From a virus, in the IMG/VR virus record IMGVR_UViG_3300049846_002076, positions 9,644-73,643 of that record: 64,000 nucleotides of DNA. One strand, written 5' to 3'. The notes beneath the pieces are model-generated. The model was not told the DNA's origin and searched no databases. It saw only the letters and a program-made list of their open reading frames with translations. Shown one piece after another: positions 45,218 through 55,181 of this stretch. Positions within the stretch are counted from its first letter, which is position 1. Each line of letters begins with the position of its first letter. A program made the translations under genes and the position numbers.

Positions 45218-46072
45218 TTACGAGTTGTCGCCCACGATGAAGAGGCGGCCGGTCGTCGGATCCGGGTAGCCCGTGAACTCGACGTTGAAGATCCGCTCCT
45301 GGTCGAGCTTGTAGGCGAAGTTCAGGGCGCCGCCCGTGTTCGCCAGCGGGATCACGAAGTCGTCGGACAGGTCGCCGGCGGCTTTCGCGGTCGGGTGCAG
45401 GCGCAGTTCCTTGGCGCTGGTCAGGAGATCCTGGCCGATGCCATGGTCGACGGAGACGTATTTCTTCGTCGCGTCGACGCCACCCGTGAGGGTCGCGCCA
45501 CCCATCGTCACCTTCGCCGCGGCAGTGCCGGTGACGGTGGTGAAGGTGTTGCCTTCCACGCCGACGAACTCGTAGGTGAGCGTCACGACGTTGGTGGACG
45601 GCGAGGCGTCGACCAGCGAGAGCAGCGGGTTGGACGTCGCGTTGATGAAGTTCGACAGGTTCGTCGCGGTGGCAGCGGAGGACGCGCCGATGAGCACCTG
45701 GGTCTGGTTGTTGGCGACCGCGGTCTTGAACGTGATCGTGACGCCGTTGATGATGATCGTCTCGCCGTCCGACGGGTTGGTCGTGATCGTGACCGTGCCC
45801 GACGCCTTGGTGCCGCCCGTCTGGGTCAGCGTGGCGCCCGGCATGATCTTGATCAGGTTCTCGACCGTGGTCTCGGCCATCGGCACCTTGACCGTGAGAC
45901 TGCGGCCCATCACGTATTCGTTGATGGGGGTCTTGCCCATCTGGTCGACTTCGACCTTGTGGGTCTCGGACGTGACGTTCACCTCGACGCCACCCTGAGT
46001 CAGACCCAGGTCGTCGCCGTCGAAGTAGACCCGGCACACACCGAGTTTGACGTTGCGGGTATCGCTCTTCAT
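45218..46072 (-). CDS. Major tail tube protein with an inserted accessory domain
   Basis: NVKLGVCRVYF..DLGLTQGGVEV...VKVPMAETT...ERIFNVEFTGYPD; synteny. Confidence 0.85.
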   Translation of the reverse strand: MKSDTRNVKLGVCRVYFDGDDLGLTQGGVEVNVTSETHKVEVDQMGKTPINEYVMGRSLTVKVPMAETTVENLIKIMPGATLTQTGGTKASGTVTITTNPSDGETIIINGVTITFKTAVANNQTQVLIGASSAATATNLSNFINATSNPLLSLVDASPSTNVVTLTYEFVGVEGNTFTTVTGTAAAKVTMGGATLTGGVDATKKYVSVDHGIGQDLLTSAKELRLHPTAKAAGDLSDDFVIPLANTGGALNFAYKLDQERIFNVEFTGYPDPTTGRLFIVGDNS

Positions 46073-46111
46073 TGCAGGTTCCTTTCCTAGCTAGGGAAAT
46101 TGGGAGGGATC

Positions 46112-46125
46112 AGTCACGACTGCCT
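46112..46125. promoter_or_regulatory. AGTCA-CGAC-TGCCT box upstream of the tail tube gene
   Basis: One mismatch to consensus; intergenic. Confidence 0.6.
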
Positions 46126-46151
46126 GATTGTGCCAGAAGTGGGCACTCGCG

Positions 46152-46547
46152 TCAACCGACGACGTAACAGACATCAAAGTTCACAAGAAACTCGTTCAGC
46201 TTCGACGGAGCTTCCGGGAACGGGAAGGGTTCGGCACGCGGGCGCATGTATTTGATCCACAACGTCCCGACCTGCTGCTCGGTCTGGATCGTCAGGGCGG
46301 TGATGATGTTCTTCGCCAGGGTTTCGGCGACCGCGTAGGAGGGCGCCCGGGTGATCACCTGGAAGGTCGTCTGACGCCAGCCCGGCTTCTCGTGGTCGTA
46401 GTCGACCCCGCCGAAGTAGTGACGCAGCATGACCCCCTCCCGGTTGTCTGCCGGCCAGCCGTTGATGAAAAGGTTCTGGGCCTTCACAAGGCCCAGAGCG
46501 GGGTTGGTGGTGGCCGCAAGCTTGTCGCGGACGGTTTCGAGGATCAT
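46152..46547 (-). CDS. Tail terminator/completion protein (start re-called at MILETVR)
   Basis: 131 aa, FQVITRA...FLVNFDV; synteny. Confidence 0.72.
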   Translation of the reverse strand: MILETVRDKLAATTNPALGLVKAQNLFINGWPADNREGVMLRHYFGGVDYDHEKPGWRQTTFQVITRAPSYAVAETLAKNIITALTIQTEQQVGTLWIKYMRPRAEPFPFPEAPSKLNEFLVNFDVCYVVG

Positions 46548-47071
46548 TTTCCGAACACCTTTCTGGCGGCCTGCTCCGCCTTGCGCTTGATCTTGTCGGC
46601 ATGCTCGCGATACGCCCGCTCGAGGAACTTGCCCCCGGCCTGGGCACCCTTTGCCAGGGTAGAGGGGCTCGCCTCGAACCCCGGGCCGCCCCATTCGCCG
46701 TGCGGGAGCAGCCCTTCGTGCATGAGCCAGGCATAGCGCCCGATCGGCCGGCCCTGGTCGTCGGTGCGTCGGCCATTGACCCAGACCGTGAGCTTGAGGG
46801 CACGCCCGCCCCCGGTATTCTCGTTCTTCACCTCGATTGCTTCCTGAAGGTGCTTGCGGGGGTTGCTGCTGCCGCCGTATTCGGGCGAAGCGTAGGGCGC
46901 CATGTCCTTCGCGGTTTCGGCGATCTTCTTCGCCCCGTCCCGCAGAATGTCGTTGACGACCTTCGAGGCTTTGTCCCCCTCGTGGGAGATGATTGCCTTT
47001 ACCCGGTTCGCGACGATCTCGCCATCGAAAAAATCAATGGGGACGCCATTCAGTCGGAGTTTCAGTCCCAT
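46544..47071 (-). CDS. HK97 gp10-like neck protein (start re-called at MGLKLRL)
   Basis: AKDMAP...HLQEAI...YAWLMHEG...GGKFLERA. Confidence 0.78.
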   Translation of the reverse strand: MGLKLRLNGVPIDFFDGEIVANRVKAIISHEGDKASKVVNDILRDGAKKIAETAKDMAPYASPEYGGSSNPRKHLQEAIEVKNENTGGGRALKLTVWVNGRRTDDQGRPIGRYAWLMHEGLLPHGEWGGPGFEASPSTLAKGAQAGGKFLERAYREHADKIKRKAEQAARKVFGK

Positions 47072-47412
47072 GCCTCGCCCCGGACTTCGTAGTGGTCGAG
47101 CTGTCCCCAGATCGTGTAGCGGGGGTGCATGCTGATGATCCGCAGCGTCGCCCCGGACACCTCGAGCTTGTCTCCCATGCGGGCGACCGTGCCCGGGATC
47201 AGGAGAATCTTGCTGCGGGCGGCGAAGTCTTCGCCGTAGCCGCGGGAAGCCGAGCTGTCGGCACGCACCGTGGTGTGCTGTGTGATCGTCTCGACGGTCA
47301 CGATGGCACACTTCTCGGTGTAGGAGGTCGTCGAAAGCTGCGCCTCACCGTAGTCGTTCGAGCCCACCATGGGGGTGATGACGCAGGAATTCATGGGATT
47401 CAGTGTCGTCAT
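47062..47412 (-). CDS. Head closure protein
   Basis: 116 aa beta-rich, NDYGE...GQLDHYEV; synteny. Confidence 0.7.
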   Translation of the reverse strand: MTTLNPMNSCVITPMVGSNDYGEAQLSTTSYTEKCAIVTVETITQHTTVRADSSASRGYGEDFAARSKILLIPGTVARMGDKLEVSGATLRIISMHPRYTIWGQLDHYEVRGEAWD

Positions 47413-48152
47413 GCGGGCTCCATCATCGCGGTCGAATTGGGGTGGAAGAGCTCGTCCCGGGCGTCCTTGTAAGTCGGGTATCCCGGGGTCTTGCCCGACA
47501 GCGAGATCGTCACAGACGGGCGTCCATCAGGCCAGGTGATCTTGGCGAGATCCTGTTTCTGGGAGATGGCGAAGGCAGCCGAATCCGCCTGAAGCTGCAC
47601 GAGGTAGCCCCGCACCATGTTGCGAAGAAAGGTCGCGGTATCCCACCGGCGACCCGCTTTGTCGATCGTCTTGAACTGCAGGTTGGCGACCTTCTCGCGA
47701 CGGGCGTAGATAGGGGCATTCTTCCCGTAGCGGGGGCGACCCAGGTGGGTCTCGATCGCGAACGTCCGAAACGCCCGCAAGGCGGCGTATTGGTCACGCA
47801 TCGCCATCGCCAGGATCTCGCCGATGACTTCGTTGTAGCCCTCGATTGAAAGCAGCTCGAGTTGGGCGAAAATCTCGTGCTGCAGCGGTTCCGAAACCAC
47901 CGAGACGCCCGCCTCCAGCGCTTGCTTGCGGGACTCTGAGAGCACACCCACGGCGGCGCCCTGGTTGCCCAGAAGACGATCGAAAGTCTCGTTTTCCAGC
48001 TTCACCCGAACCTGGGTGCTTTCCGGGTCGGGGTTCTCGAAGGCACGTGCGAGCAGCACCTCGAGGTTCGCCAGGTAACCGCGGTAGGATCCCTCGATCA
48101 GGGCAGCCGGAGCCTCAAGCTGCCGGCCGGTCAGCCACGCCCGATGCGCCAT
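47409..48152 (-). CDS. Minor capsid/head morphogenesis-like protein (start approximate)
   Basis: FKTIDKAGRRW...ISLSGKTPGYPT...LFHPNS motifs. Confidence 0.65.
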   Translation of the reverse strand: MAHRAWLTGRQLEAPAALIEGSYRGYLANLEVLLARAFENPDPESTQVRVKLENETFDRLLGNQGAAVGVLSESRKQALEAGVSVVSEPLQHEIFAQLELLSIEGYNEVIGEILAMAMRDQYAALRAFRTFAIETHLGRPRYGKNAPIYARREKVANLQFKTIDKAGRRWDTATFLRNMVRGYLVQLQADSAAFAISQKQDLAKITWPDGRPSVTISLSGKTPGYPTYKDARDELFHPNSTAMMEPA

Positions 48153-48940
48153 CTGGCAACCGTCGTGTAGCCGTGCAGGGCTTTCATCGCCCGCTTGCAA
48201 ACCGGGAATTCGATCGGCTTCATCCCGGGCCGGAACATCTGCGAGCTCTCGCCCACAGTGCGGGAGAAGACGCCCGATTCGATCGCCTGCTGTTCGGGTT
48301 CCCCACCCAGAACATAGTTCGCCTGGTAGAGCTGCGCCTTCTTGAGGGACTCGAAGAACTCGGGCGGCAGAAGGGCGAGTTTCGCGGCGTCGAGCTCGTC
48401 GAGGTCGCTTTCCGAGCCCGGGGTGTCGCCGTCCCAGGTGATCGTGCTCTGGTTCGCGGTGTCCTCGTCGTAGATGAACTGCATCCGGCAGATCGCCTCG
48501 TAGGCGGAGATGAGCGCCGTCCGACGGTTCTCGGAGGTCGCGGCACTCCATCCCGCCAAGTCGTGCATGTCGGTGGCGAGCAGCTCGGCCTCGAGCTCGT
48601 TCATGAAGCTGTTCTCGCCGACGATCAGCCCATCGCTGCGAACGATGTAGTTGATCGTCGCGGTGTAGACCGAGGTGTCCGAGAAGGTCATGGTGACCCG
48701 AATCTGCCGGATCGCCCTGGTTTCCCCGACCGCGAGGGTGTTGGTCGCCGCGTCCAGGTTCATCTGGATCCCGAACGGTGCCGCTGCGCTGGTCACCGTG
48801 CCGGCCGCCGACACCTGCTTCACCAGGCCGTTCTGGTCGATGACCTCGAAGACGAAGGCGGAAAGCGTCACCAGGGCGCCGACGGGCGCCGAGACGGTTG
48901 CCGAGTAGATCGCGCTGATGTTCGGGGCCAAGACCTTCAT
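48131..48940 (-). CDS. Head-tail adaptor-like protein
   Basis: VGENSF...W...RRTALISA...LKKAQLYQA...SRTVGESS. Confidence 0.7.
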   Translation of the reverse strand: MKVLAPNISAIYSATVSAPVGALVTLSAFVFEVIDQNGLVKQVSAAGTVTSAAAPFGIQMNLDAATNTLAVGETRAIRQIRVTMTFSDTSVYTATINYIVRSDGLIVGENSFMNELEAELLATDMHDLAGWSAATSENRRTALISAYEAICRMQFIYDEDTANQSTITWDGDTPGSESDLDELDAAKLALLPPEFFESLKKAQLYQANYVLGGEPEQQAIESGVFSRTVGESSQMFRPGMKPIEFPVCKRAMKALHGYTTVARWRIGRG

Positions 48941-48943
48941 GGA

Positions 48944-49549
48944 TCAGTCCTCTTCGACGAATGCGACGGAGTCGTCTTGCACGGTTGCGACGCCCGCGGG
49001 CACGGGGGTCGGTTCAGCTTCCTTGGGCGCGGGAGCCTTGGTCAGAATGCGACCGTCGGAGACGCCGGCGCCCTTCTCGATCGTGGCGTCATCGCCGGCA
49101 ATGCCCGCCGACTGCTGACCGGGATGCCGGGCACCCGTCTTGAGCAGCTTGTCGATCAACTCGACCCCGCTCTTCGCCTTGATCTCGAGCGGATCGGCGA
49201 TCTCGCGCAGACCCTTGATGCCGACCGTGCCCAGGATCGTTTCGAGCTCCTCGCGCTCGTAGAGCTTGCCCAGGCCGTCGCCTTCTTCCCGAATCGCCCC
49301 TTGCTCGGAGACGTTCGTGATGTTGGTGGGCTCGAGCTTCGAGTCCATGGGAGTGTCGACGTTGTCGAGGATGATCTGCGACGGAGACGGATTGATCCCG
49401 GTGCCGACCTCCTCGATGGTGATCAGGGCTGCGAGCCGCTGGCACAGAACCGGCGAGACATCGTCGACGCTCTCTCCATTGACGAAGTTGGCCCCACCGA
49501 GGTTGCCGTTGAAGGCTTCCCAACCAGGCTGCGTGATCTTCAGTTTCAC
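48944..49549 (-). CDS. Hypothetical head-associated protein
   Basis: 201 aa after the capsid gene; GIKGLREIADPLEIKAKS helical motif. Confidence 0.7.
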   Translation of the reverse strand: MKLKITQPGWEAFNGNLGGANFVNGESVDDVSPVLCQRLAALITIEEVGTGINPSPSQIILDNVDTPMDSKLEPTNITNVSEQGAIREEGDGLGKLYEREELETILGTVGIKGLREIADPLEIKAKSGVELIDKLLKTGARHPGQQSAGIAGDDATIEKGAGVSDGRILTKAPAPKEAEPTPVPAGVATVQDDSVAFVEED

Positions 49550-49579
49550 TTTGTTCCCCTCAAAAGAGATTGCTGATGT

Positions 49580-49610
49580 GAAACGGGGGCAGCATCGCTG
49601 CCGCCCCCGT
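49580..49610 (-). terminator. Terminator-like hairpin after the major capsid gene
   Basis: ACGGGGGC...GCCCCCGT stem with a short T tail on the minus strand. Confidence 0.6.
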
Positions 49611-49637
49611 ATTCAGTCGTGACAGCTAACCCGAGGG

Positions 49638-50537
49638 TTAGATGTTGGTGACGCCCTTGAGACGAGCCACGGCCTTCGTGCTCTTCAGGGCGGCCCCGCA
49701 ATACCACTTCACGCGGGTGCGGGTCGCGTCCTTGTTCTGCACGGTGCCGATCTCCTCGATCCGCCAGCCGGCCGAGTCGCCGCCGAACAGACCGTGGAAA
49801 CCGTCGGCCTCGTTGAAGCGCACGGCGTAGATCGAGCAACAGGCCGAGGAGCCGCCCTGCACTTCGTTGCCGGGCAGCCACTCGTTCCGCAGGATCGCGA
49901 GACCGTTGTGGGCCGGCACCATGCCGAAGTTCTCGATCATGACCTGCTGCGGCTGCGCGCCGCCGAGGGCACGGAGCAGCGCCAGGTAGGCGCGGTAGGT
50001 GCCCGGGCGCATGATCAGCGCGTCGGCACCGAGCGGCACCTGGTCGGCCAGGTCGTCGAGCATCGACATCGTCAGCGCGGCGCCGTTGGCCCCCGCGGTG
50101 AGCGTCTGGCCCGCGACCGTCAGCTTCTTCAGGCCGTCGAACGACTTGGTGTCGCCCGTCACGTCGCCGTTCACGACCGTGTCGGCGAACTTGCGGGAGA
50201 TCGCCTTGGCCTTGGCCGCGATCTGGATGGCCTTCTGGTTGTTGAGGTTCGACATCGTCTCCTGGAGGAACTTGTCGACGTCGACGTCGCCGGCGAGGAT
50301 GCGGAGCTTCGCGGTGACTTCGTCGAAGTCCACGGCGCCCTCGTTGACGGTGTCGTTCGGATCCAGGAAGTCGACGGAAGCCAGCGACTTCTCACGGTGG
50401 TAGACCAGCGCCTTGCCGTCGACCTTCTGGAACGGCAGCATCGCCAGCATCTCGTCCTTCGTGAGGACTTCTTCGATCACGCCAGCGAGGACGTGGTCGG
50501 GGGAGAGGCGTTCGGCCTCGACTCGGAGCAGCGGCAT
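49638..50537 (-). CDS. Major capsid protein (HK97 fold)
   Basis: GDVDVDKFL, SFDGLKKL, RTRVKWYCGAAL; follows the scaffold; strong codon bias. Confidence 0.9.
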   Translation of the reverse strand: MPLLRVEAERLSPDHVLAGVIEEVLTKDEMLAMLPFQKVDGKALVYHREKSLASVDFLDPNDTVNEGAVDFDEVTAKLRILAGDVDVDKFLQETMSNLNNQKAIQIAAKAKAISRKFADTVVNGDVTGDTKSFDGLKKLTVAGQTLTAGANGAALTMSMLDDLADQVPLGADALIMRPGTYRAYLALLRALGGAQPQQVMIENFGMVPAHNGLAILRNEWLPGNEVQGGSSACCSIYAVRFNEADGFHGLFGGDSAGWRIEEIGTVQNKDATRTRVKWYCGAALKSTKAVARLKGVTNI

Positions 50538-50643
50538 AGTGATTCCTTTCCTGTCTGGGTTGAAATGCGACCTGCTATCCCGGGGCCTACGAAATGCGAC
50601 TTGGCGCCACGTCTCTTAGGTCCGCCGAGCCCATCAGGATGTA

Positions 50644-50657
50644 AGTCAGCACTGACT
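50644..50657. promoter_or_regulatory. Perfect AGTCA-GCAC-TGACT box upstream of the capsid gene
   Basis: Intergenic, scaffold-capsid. Confidence 0.75.
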
Positions 50658-50713
50658 GTAGCACACTGGAACGAAAAAGGGAAGACCCCCATTCGTCCCA
50701 GTGTGCATCCGTG

Positions 50714-51553
50714 TTACTTCTTCTTGCTGGCCGCCTCCAGGCCGGCCGCGATCTTCTCGATCGGGGTGAGCTTCTTCTCGTCCTTCTTGCCGCCGTCGGC
50801 TTCCTTCCCGCCGGGCTTGCCCGTCGAGGAAGCGGCGCCCTCGCCGATCTTGCTCTTCAGCAGCGAGTCCTTGTCGGGGTCGGCCTCGATGATCTTCTTG
50901 AACGCTTCGTCGAAGGACAGGGGTTCGCCCTTGCCGTCGACCAGCGGGGCGCGATCCTTCTGGCCCGCGGGCTTGTCGTAGCCGACGACCTTGCCGTCCT
51001 TGTATTCGAAGTGGGCGCCGTAGAGCGCACGCGCCTTGTTGGGCGTGAGCGCCAGGTCGTCGTGAACGAACTTCGAGCCCGTGAACGAAGAGCCGACCGT
51101 GATGTCCGCGATCGTCTTGTTCAGGTTGCCGATCTCGGTGTCCTTCTCGGCGAGCTTGCCGGCGACCGCGTTGAGCTCCTTCTGGTGGGCTTCGTTCATC
51201 TGGGCCTTCACCTTCTCCCACTCGCCCTTGCGAACGGCTTCGAGCTCCTCGGCGGCCTTCTGGTCGGCGATCAACTTCTTGATCGCGACCGGGTCGATGC
51301 CGTCGAATTCCTTGAGCTTCGCCTCGAGCGCCTCCTTCGCCTTGGTGGCGTTCTCGAGCGCTTCCTTCTTCTTCATGACGTCCTTGAGCAGAGCCGCTTC
51401 CTTGTCGGTCAGCTTGTTCTTGGCGTCTTCCTCTTCCTTCTTCTTCGCAGCTTCGGCTTCCTCCGCGGCCTTCTTCGCCGCAGCCTCTTCGGCAGCCTTC
51501 TTCGCAGCAGCTTCCTCCGCGGCTTTCTGGGCCGCCAGTTCTTCGGGGGTCAT
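50714..51553 (-). CDS. Capsid scaffolding protein
   Basis: E/K/A-rich coiled coil between portal and capsid. Confidence 0.85.
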   Translation of the reverse strand: MTPEELAAQKAAEEAAAKKAAEEAAAKKAAEEAEAAKKKEEEDAKNKLTDKEAALLKDVMKKKEALENATKAKEALEAKLKEFDGIDPVAIKKLIADQKAAEELEAVRKGEWEKVKAQMNEAHQKELNAVAGKLAEKDTEIGNLNKTIADITVGSSFTGSKFVHDDLALTPNKARALYGAHFEYKDGKVVGYDKPAGQKDRAPLVDGKGEPLSFDEAFKKIIEADPDKDSLLKSKIGEGAASSTGKPGGKEADGGKKDEKKLTPIEKIAAGLEAASKKK

Positions 51554-51612
51554 ACACTACCTTTCTGCCCTATCTCTCGGGCGCTTGTGGCCGATCTCTT
51601 GGCCGGTTTGTG

Positions 51613-53199
51613 CTACGAGTTCACTACCTTGTTCGCGATTGCGTTCTTGCCTTCCTTCTTGATCGGGTCGCCCTTTGCCGCGCCGGCAGCACCGGCTTCG
51701 GCCATCTTGCGAGCCATCTCGACGGGATCGGGCGGCCACGACTTCACGCTTTCCTTCAGCGCTTCCATCACTTCTTCCTTCACCTGCGGGAACAGCTTCT
51801 CGATCAGGGTGTTCATCTGCTCCTGACGCACTTCGTCGGGAGCGTCGATCAGCGCCAGGCGGGCGGCGATCTCGAATTCGTCGTAGAGCGAGCGAACGTC
51901 GAAGTTGTCGGGGTATTCGACCAGCTCGTTCTCGAGCTCCTCGATCATTTTCTCTTCGCCATGCCACTTCGCGACGAGCCAGCAGAGCCGGTTCTCGATG
52001 CGCTCGAGCGAACCTGCCTTCGAGGCGAGCAGGGCGTTGACGCGCTCGAAGTCGTAGGCTTTCGCCACGCCCGAAGCGTTGTCGATGCCCTTGCCCGAGT
52101 CGTCCTTCGTGCGTTCGCCCGAGAGACCGACCGAGTGGTAGATTTCGTTGATGATCTTGCCGACGACCGCCAGGATGAGTTCTGCCTGCTTCACGTCGGG
52201 CGAGAGGTAGAAGGGTGCCGCGTTGCCCTCGCCGTTGTAGGTGAAGACGCGCTTCGTGCCCATCTGGATGAGCTTGTCGATGGTCGCGGTGTCGGTGTCG
52301 GTGCCCGGCATGAGACCCTGGGCCGGCATCGCAAGCTGGCTGAAGGTCTGATCCTGAATGATCGCGTCCATGTTCGACAGATAGTTCGCGACCGCACGAT
52401 CGAGGTAGGCGACATCGGCGATCATCGCCGGTGAAGTGTAGGGTTCGTCGGAGATCACGTTGTCGGCGGCGAACACCGGCACGACGCCCAGGTTGTGCAT
52501 GATCGGGGCGCGGGGGATCACCTTGACCTTCGTGGGATCCTTCGAATCTTCGCCCTTCGTCTCGAAAAGCTGGCTGAACGTGCGAGTCCACAGCCGGTAG
52601 CGGTATTTCACCTTGCCGGAACTGTCGATGGGGTCGGCATCGTCCCGCGTCGTCTCTCGAATGAGAATCCAGTTGAGGTCGCCGCGGTCGTCGTAGCTCA
52701 TGTCGAGCGCGTCCTGCGGCAGCACCATGTAGGAGTAGACGCGAACGCCGGCCTTCTTCTCGTCGGCCTTCGTTCTGATCTTGCCGGTGCGGTTCGAGTC
52801 GACCACGACCCAGACGCGACCATTGGTCGAGCTGGCGCAGGAAATGCGCTTGGCGTAATCCTCGATCTCGAGACCGTTGAGGGTGGAGTTCTCCCAGAAC
52901 TTCTTCACGCTCTCCGGGGCGTCGCCTTCGCGGCGAACGATGAGCATCTTGAAGATGTGCTTGTCGACGAGGTCGACCACTTCCCGGGTGTGGTTGAAGC
53001 GATAGGCGCGACTGCGACGGGCACTGTATTCGTCGTCACCTTCCTTGTGATACTTGAAGATGTTGTTGACGAACCACTCCCGTCCACCGTTGTAGGTGTC
53101 CTGGAGAAACGCCCAGTGACTCTCCATCGCGTCGTATTCGGGGTGACGACGCTTGATGAAGCTCCTGAGCCTGGTCTGTTCGGAAACGGGGTCGGCCAT
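51613..53199 (-). CDS. Portal protein
   Basis: 528 aa after TerL; RHPEY...YNGG...HNLGVVPV...ASGVAKAYDF. Confidence 0.9.
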   Translation of the reverse strand: MADPVSEQTRLRSFIKRRHPEYDAMESHWAFLQDTYNGGREWFVNNIFKYHKEGDDEYSARRSRAYRFNHTREVVDLVDKHIFKMLIVRREGDAPESVKKFWENSTLNGLEIEDYAKRISCASSTNGRVWVVVDSNRTGKIRTKADEKKAGVRVYSYMVLPQDALDMSYDDRGDLNWILIRETTRDDADPIDSSGKVKYRYRLWTRTFSQLFETKGEDSKDPTKVKVIPRAPIMHNLGVVPVFAADNVISDEPYTSPAMIADVAYLDRAVANYLSNMDAIIQDQTFSQLAMPAQGLMPGTDTDTATIDKLIQMGTKRVFTYNGEGNAAPFYLSPDVKQAELILAVVGKIINEIYHSVGLSGERTKDDSGKGIDNASGVAKAYDFERVNALLASKAGSLERIENRLCWLVAKWHGEEKMIEELENELVEYPDNFDVRSLYDEFEIAARLALIDAPDEVRQEQMNTLIEKLFPQVKEEVMEALKESVKSWPPDPVEMARKMAEAGAAGAAKGDPIKKEGKNAIANKVVNS

Positions 53200-53222
53200 G
53201 TCTGTCCTGTATAAGCTCCGGC

Positions 53223-53244
53223 AGTGTAGCAGTCAGTGGTGACT
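53223..53244 (-). promoter_or_regulatory. TACACT -10-like element plus perfect AGTCA-GTGG-TGACT box upstream of the portal gene
   Basis: agtgta at 53223-53228; box at 53231-53244. Confidence 0.72.
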
Positions 53245-53255
53245 AACGCAAGGGG

Positions 53256-54503
53256 TCAAATCGAGACCCCCGCAATCACGATCTTCCTGACCGGGAAGCG
53301 GAATTCGATCGGATAGCCCAGGGCGTCCGCCGAGTGCTCGACCGACTGCTCCTTGTCGATTTCGCGACCGCCCGGCTTGTAGATGGTCTGCTCGAGCGAC
53401 TCGATCAGCTTCTTGCACTTGGGGTCGATCCAGAACCGAACCCGCCCGGTCGCATCCCGAAGCATCCGGTTGACCGCGTTAACCCGGTCGGCCACCGGCG
53501 GGTGCTTCTTGCGAAACTGGATCTTCTTGAACCCCCGATCCATGAGGATCTGAACGTCGGACTCCCCGCGGGCATGCTGGCGATAGGCGCCGGCGGGGTC
53601 AGGGTAGATGATGATCTTGTCCTGCCACCGGAAGTAGCGTCGCTCGAGCTCGTCGCAGACATCCTCAGTCGAGGCGCTTTTCAGGACGATCTCATCGACC
53701 GCCCAGACGTCGCCGGTGGGCTGTGGCTGCAGAATCACCGAGCTCATGGGGTCGATGTTGAAGTCCTGCCCCACCCAGATTTCGAGGTTCGGGTTGAACG
53801 GGCGGTCTGCCTGGGCGTGAACCTTCCGGTCGAACGGGTAGTAGACGCGCCCGCTCATGGTCTCGAAGCTCGCCTCGAATTCCTGGGCGAAGCTCTTGGG
53901 ATCCATGTCGAGCCGAGCCTCCTCGATTTCCTTCTCCGCGATGAACGGGGAGGTCAGGGTGGGGAATTGCCAGCTCTTCCAGCGACCCTTGTCCTGGCTT
54001 TCGACCTTCTGCCCCTTCATGTAGAGGTCGTAGAGGAAGTTGTAGCTCTTGGGGGTGCCGATGAACACCGCATGCCCGCCCGTCGACGCCAGGGTCGGGC
54101 GCAGCACCTTCTTCCAGGCTTCGGGGTCGATGTCCTGCACCTCGTCCATGACCAGGAAGTGAACCCCCACACCCCGCAGGGAGTCGGGATTGTCCGCGCC
54201 CTTCAGCTCGATGCGCGTGCCGTTGATGAGCAGGATCGAGAGCGTCGTCTCGTTGATCTTCTTGATCCAGCGACGGGGGATCGACTCCATGAGCTCGGGC
54301 CACATGATCTGCTTCGCCATGCGGTAGCTCGGGGCGACATACCAGATCAGGCGCTTGCGGATCCGGGCGTATTTGATGATCAGCGTCTTGGCGAGCTGAG
54401 TCTTGCCCCACCGGCGGCCGGCGACCACCACCCTGAAGCGGTGGCGCGACATATAGACCTCCATCTGACGCGGGTGGAGGTAGAGGTGCCGGGTTTTCTT
54501 CAC
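53256..54503 (-). CDS. terL: Terminase large subunit
   Basis: AGRRWGKT, YVAPSY, LVMDE, IGTP; nuclease GQDFNIDPM, HSADALGY. Confidence 0.95.
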   Translation of the reverse strand: MKKTRHLYLHPRQMEVYMSRHRFRVVVAGRRWGKTQLAKTLIIKYARIRKRLIWYVAPSYRMAKQIMWPELMESIPRRWIKKINETTLSILLINGTRIELKGADNPDSLRGVGVHFLVMDEVQDIDPEAWKKVLRPTLASTGGHAVFIGTPKSYNFLYDLYMKGQKVESQDKGRWKSWQFPTLTSPFIAEKEIEEARLDMDPKSFAQEFEASFETMSGRVYYPFDRKVHAQADRPFNPNLEIWVGQDFNIDPMSSVILQPQPTGDVWAVDEIVLKSASTEDVCDELERRYFRWQDKIIIYPDPAGAYRQHARGESDVQILMDRGFKKIQFRKKHPPVADRVNAVNRMLRDATGRVRFWIDPKCKKLIESLEQTIYKPGGREIDKEQSVEHSADALGYPIEFRFPVRKIVIAGVSI

Positions 54504-55168
54504 TGCTCGGTGCCCTTGCCCTTCTCCTCATCGTCAGGGGACGGTGGGCCACCTGTGATGCCCTTCTTGATGTTGCTTTCGACGACGTCCAGGTCGTCTT
54601 CGTCTTCCATCTCGGCTTCCGCGGCAGCCATGCGCCGGCGAATCTCCTCATCAGTGAGCTCGCGAACCTCGAGATCGGGCACTTCCTCGTCGTCGTAGTC
54701 GTCCTTGTTGAGCCCCAGGATGTCGAAGCGACCCCGGCGAGTGATCTCGACTGTCTCTGCCGAGAGCTTCAGCGCCTTCATGGTCTTCTCGGTGGTCGCG
54801 AGAGAGCGGTTCTCTTCCTGGGCCTTGCGAATCTCGTGGGAGACGAGCGCCTGGATCGCCTTGAGCATGCGGTAGGAGCCGTCGCGTGTCTCCTTGATGC
54901 GATTGGCGGTCTCAATCGCATCATCCGAGAGCTGCTTCTCAACCTTCTCGGCGACCTTCTCCTCGAACTTCTTCGCCTTGCTCCCTTTCTCGACGCCATT
55001 CTCCCGAAACAGCCGGCGGAACGTGTCGGGGTGCTTGTTGTAGCGCTTCGACAGGTCGTCGATGGTGACCTCGCCGCGCTCCCAAAGCTCGATCGCCTCC
55101 CGGCGATGCCTGGGGGCCATGCGCTTCTTGTCGAACTTCGGCTTGTCGTCCTTCTTCTCTTCGGTCAT
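54500..55168 (-). CDS. terS: Terminase small subunit (N-terminal HTH, helical)
   Basis: Overlaps the terL start; EAIELWERGEVTIDDLSKRYNKHPDTFRRLF. Confidence 0.72.
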   Translation of the reverse strand: MTEEKKDDKPKFDKKRMAPRHRREAIELWERGEVTIDDLSKRYNKHPDTFRRLFRENGVEKGSKAKKFEEKVAEKVEKQLSDDAIETANRIKETRDGSYRMLKAIQALVSHEIRKAQEENRSLATTEKTMKALKLSAETVEITRRGRFDILGLNKDDYDDEEVPDLEVRELTDEEIRRRMAAAEAEMEDEDDLDVVESNIKKGITGGPPSPDDEEKGKGTEQ

Positions 55169-55181
55169 TCAGCCACCGTCG

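Noticed and set aside
49638-50537. Encapsulin nanocompartment
   Set aside because: The gene lies in a canonical terminase-portal-scaffold-capsid-neck-tail order, so it is a phage capsid protein.
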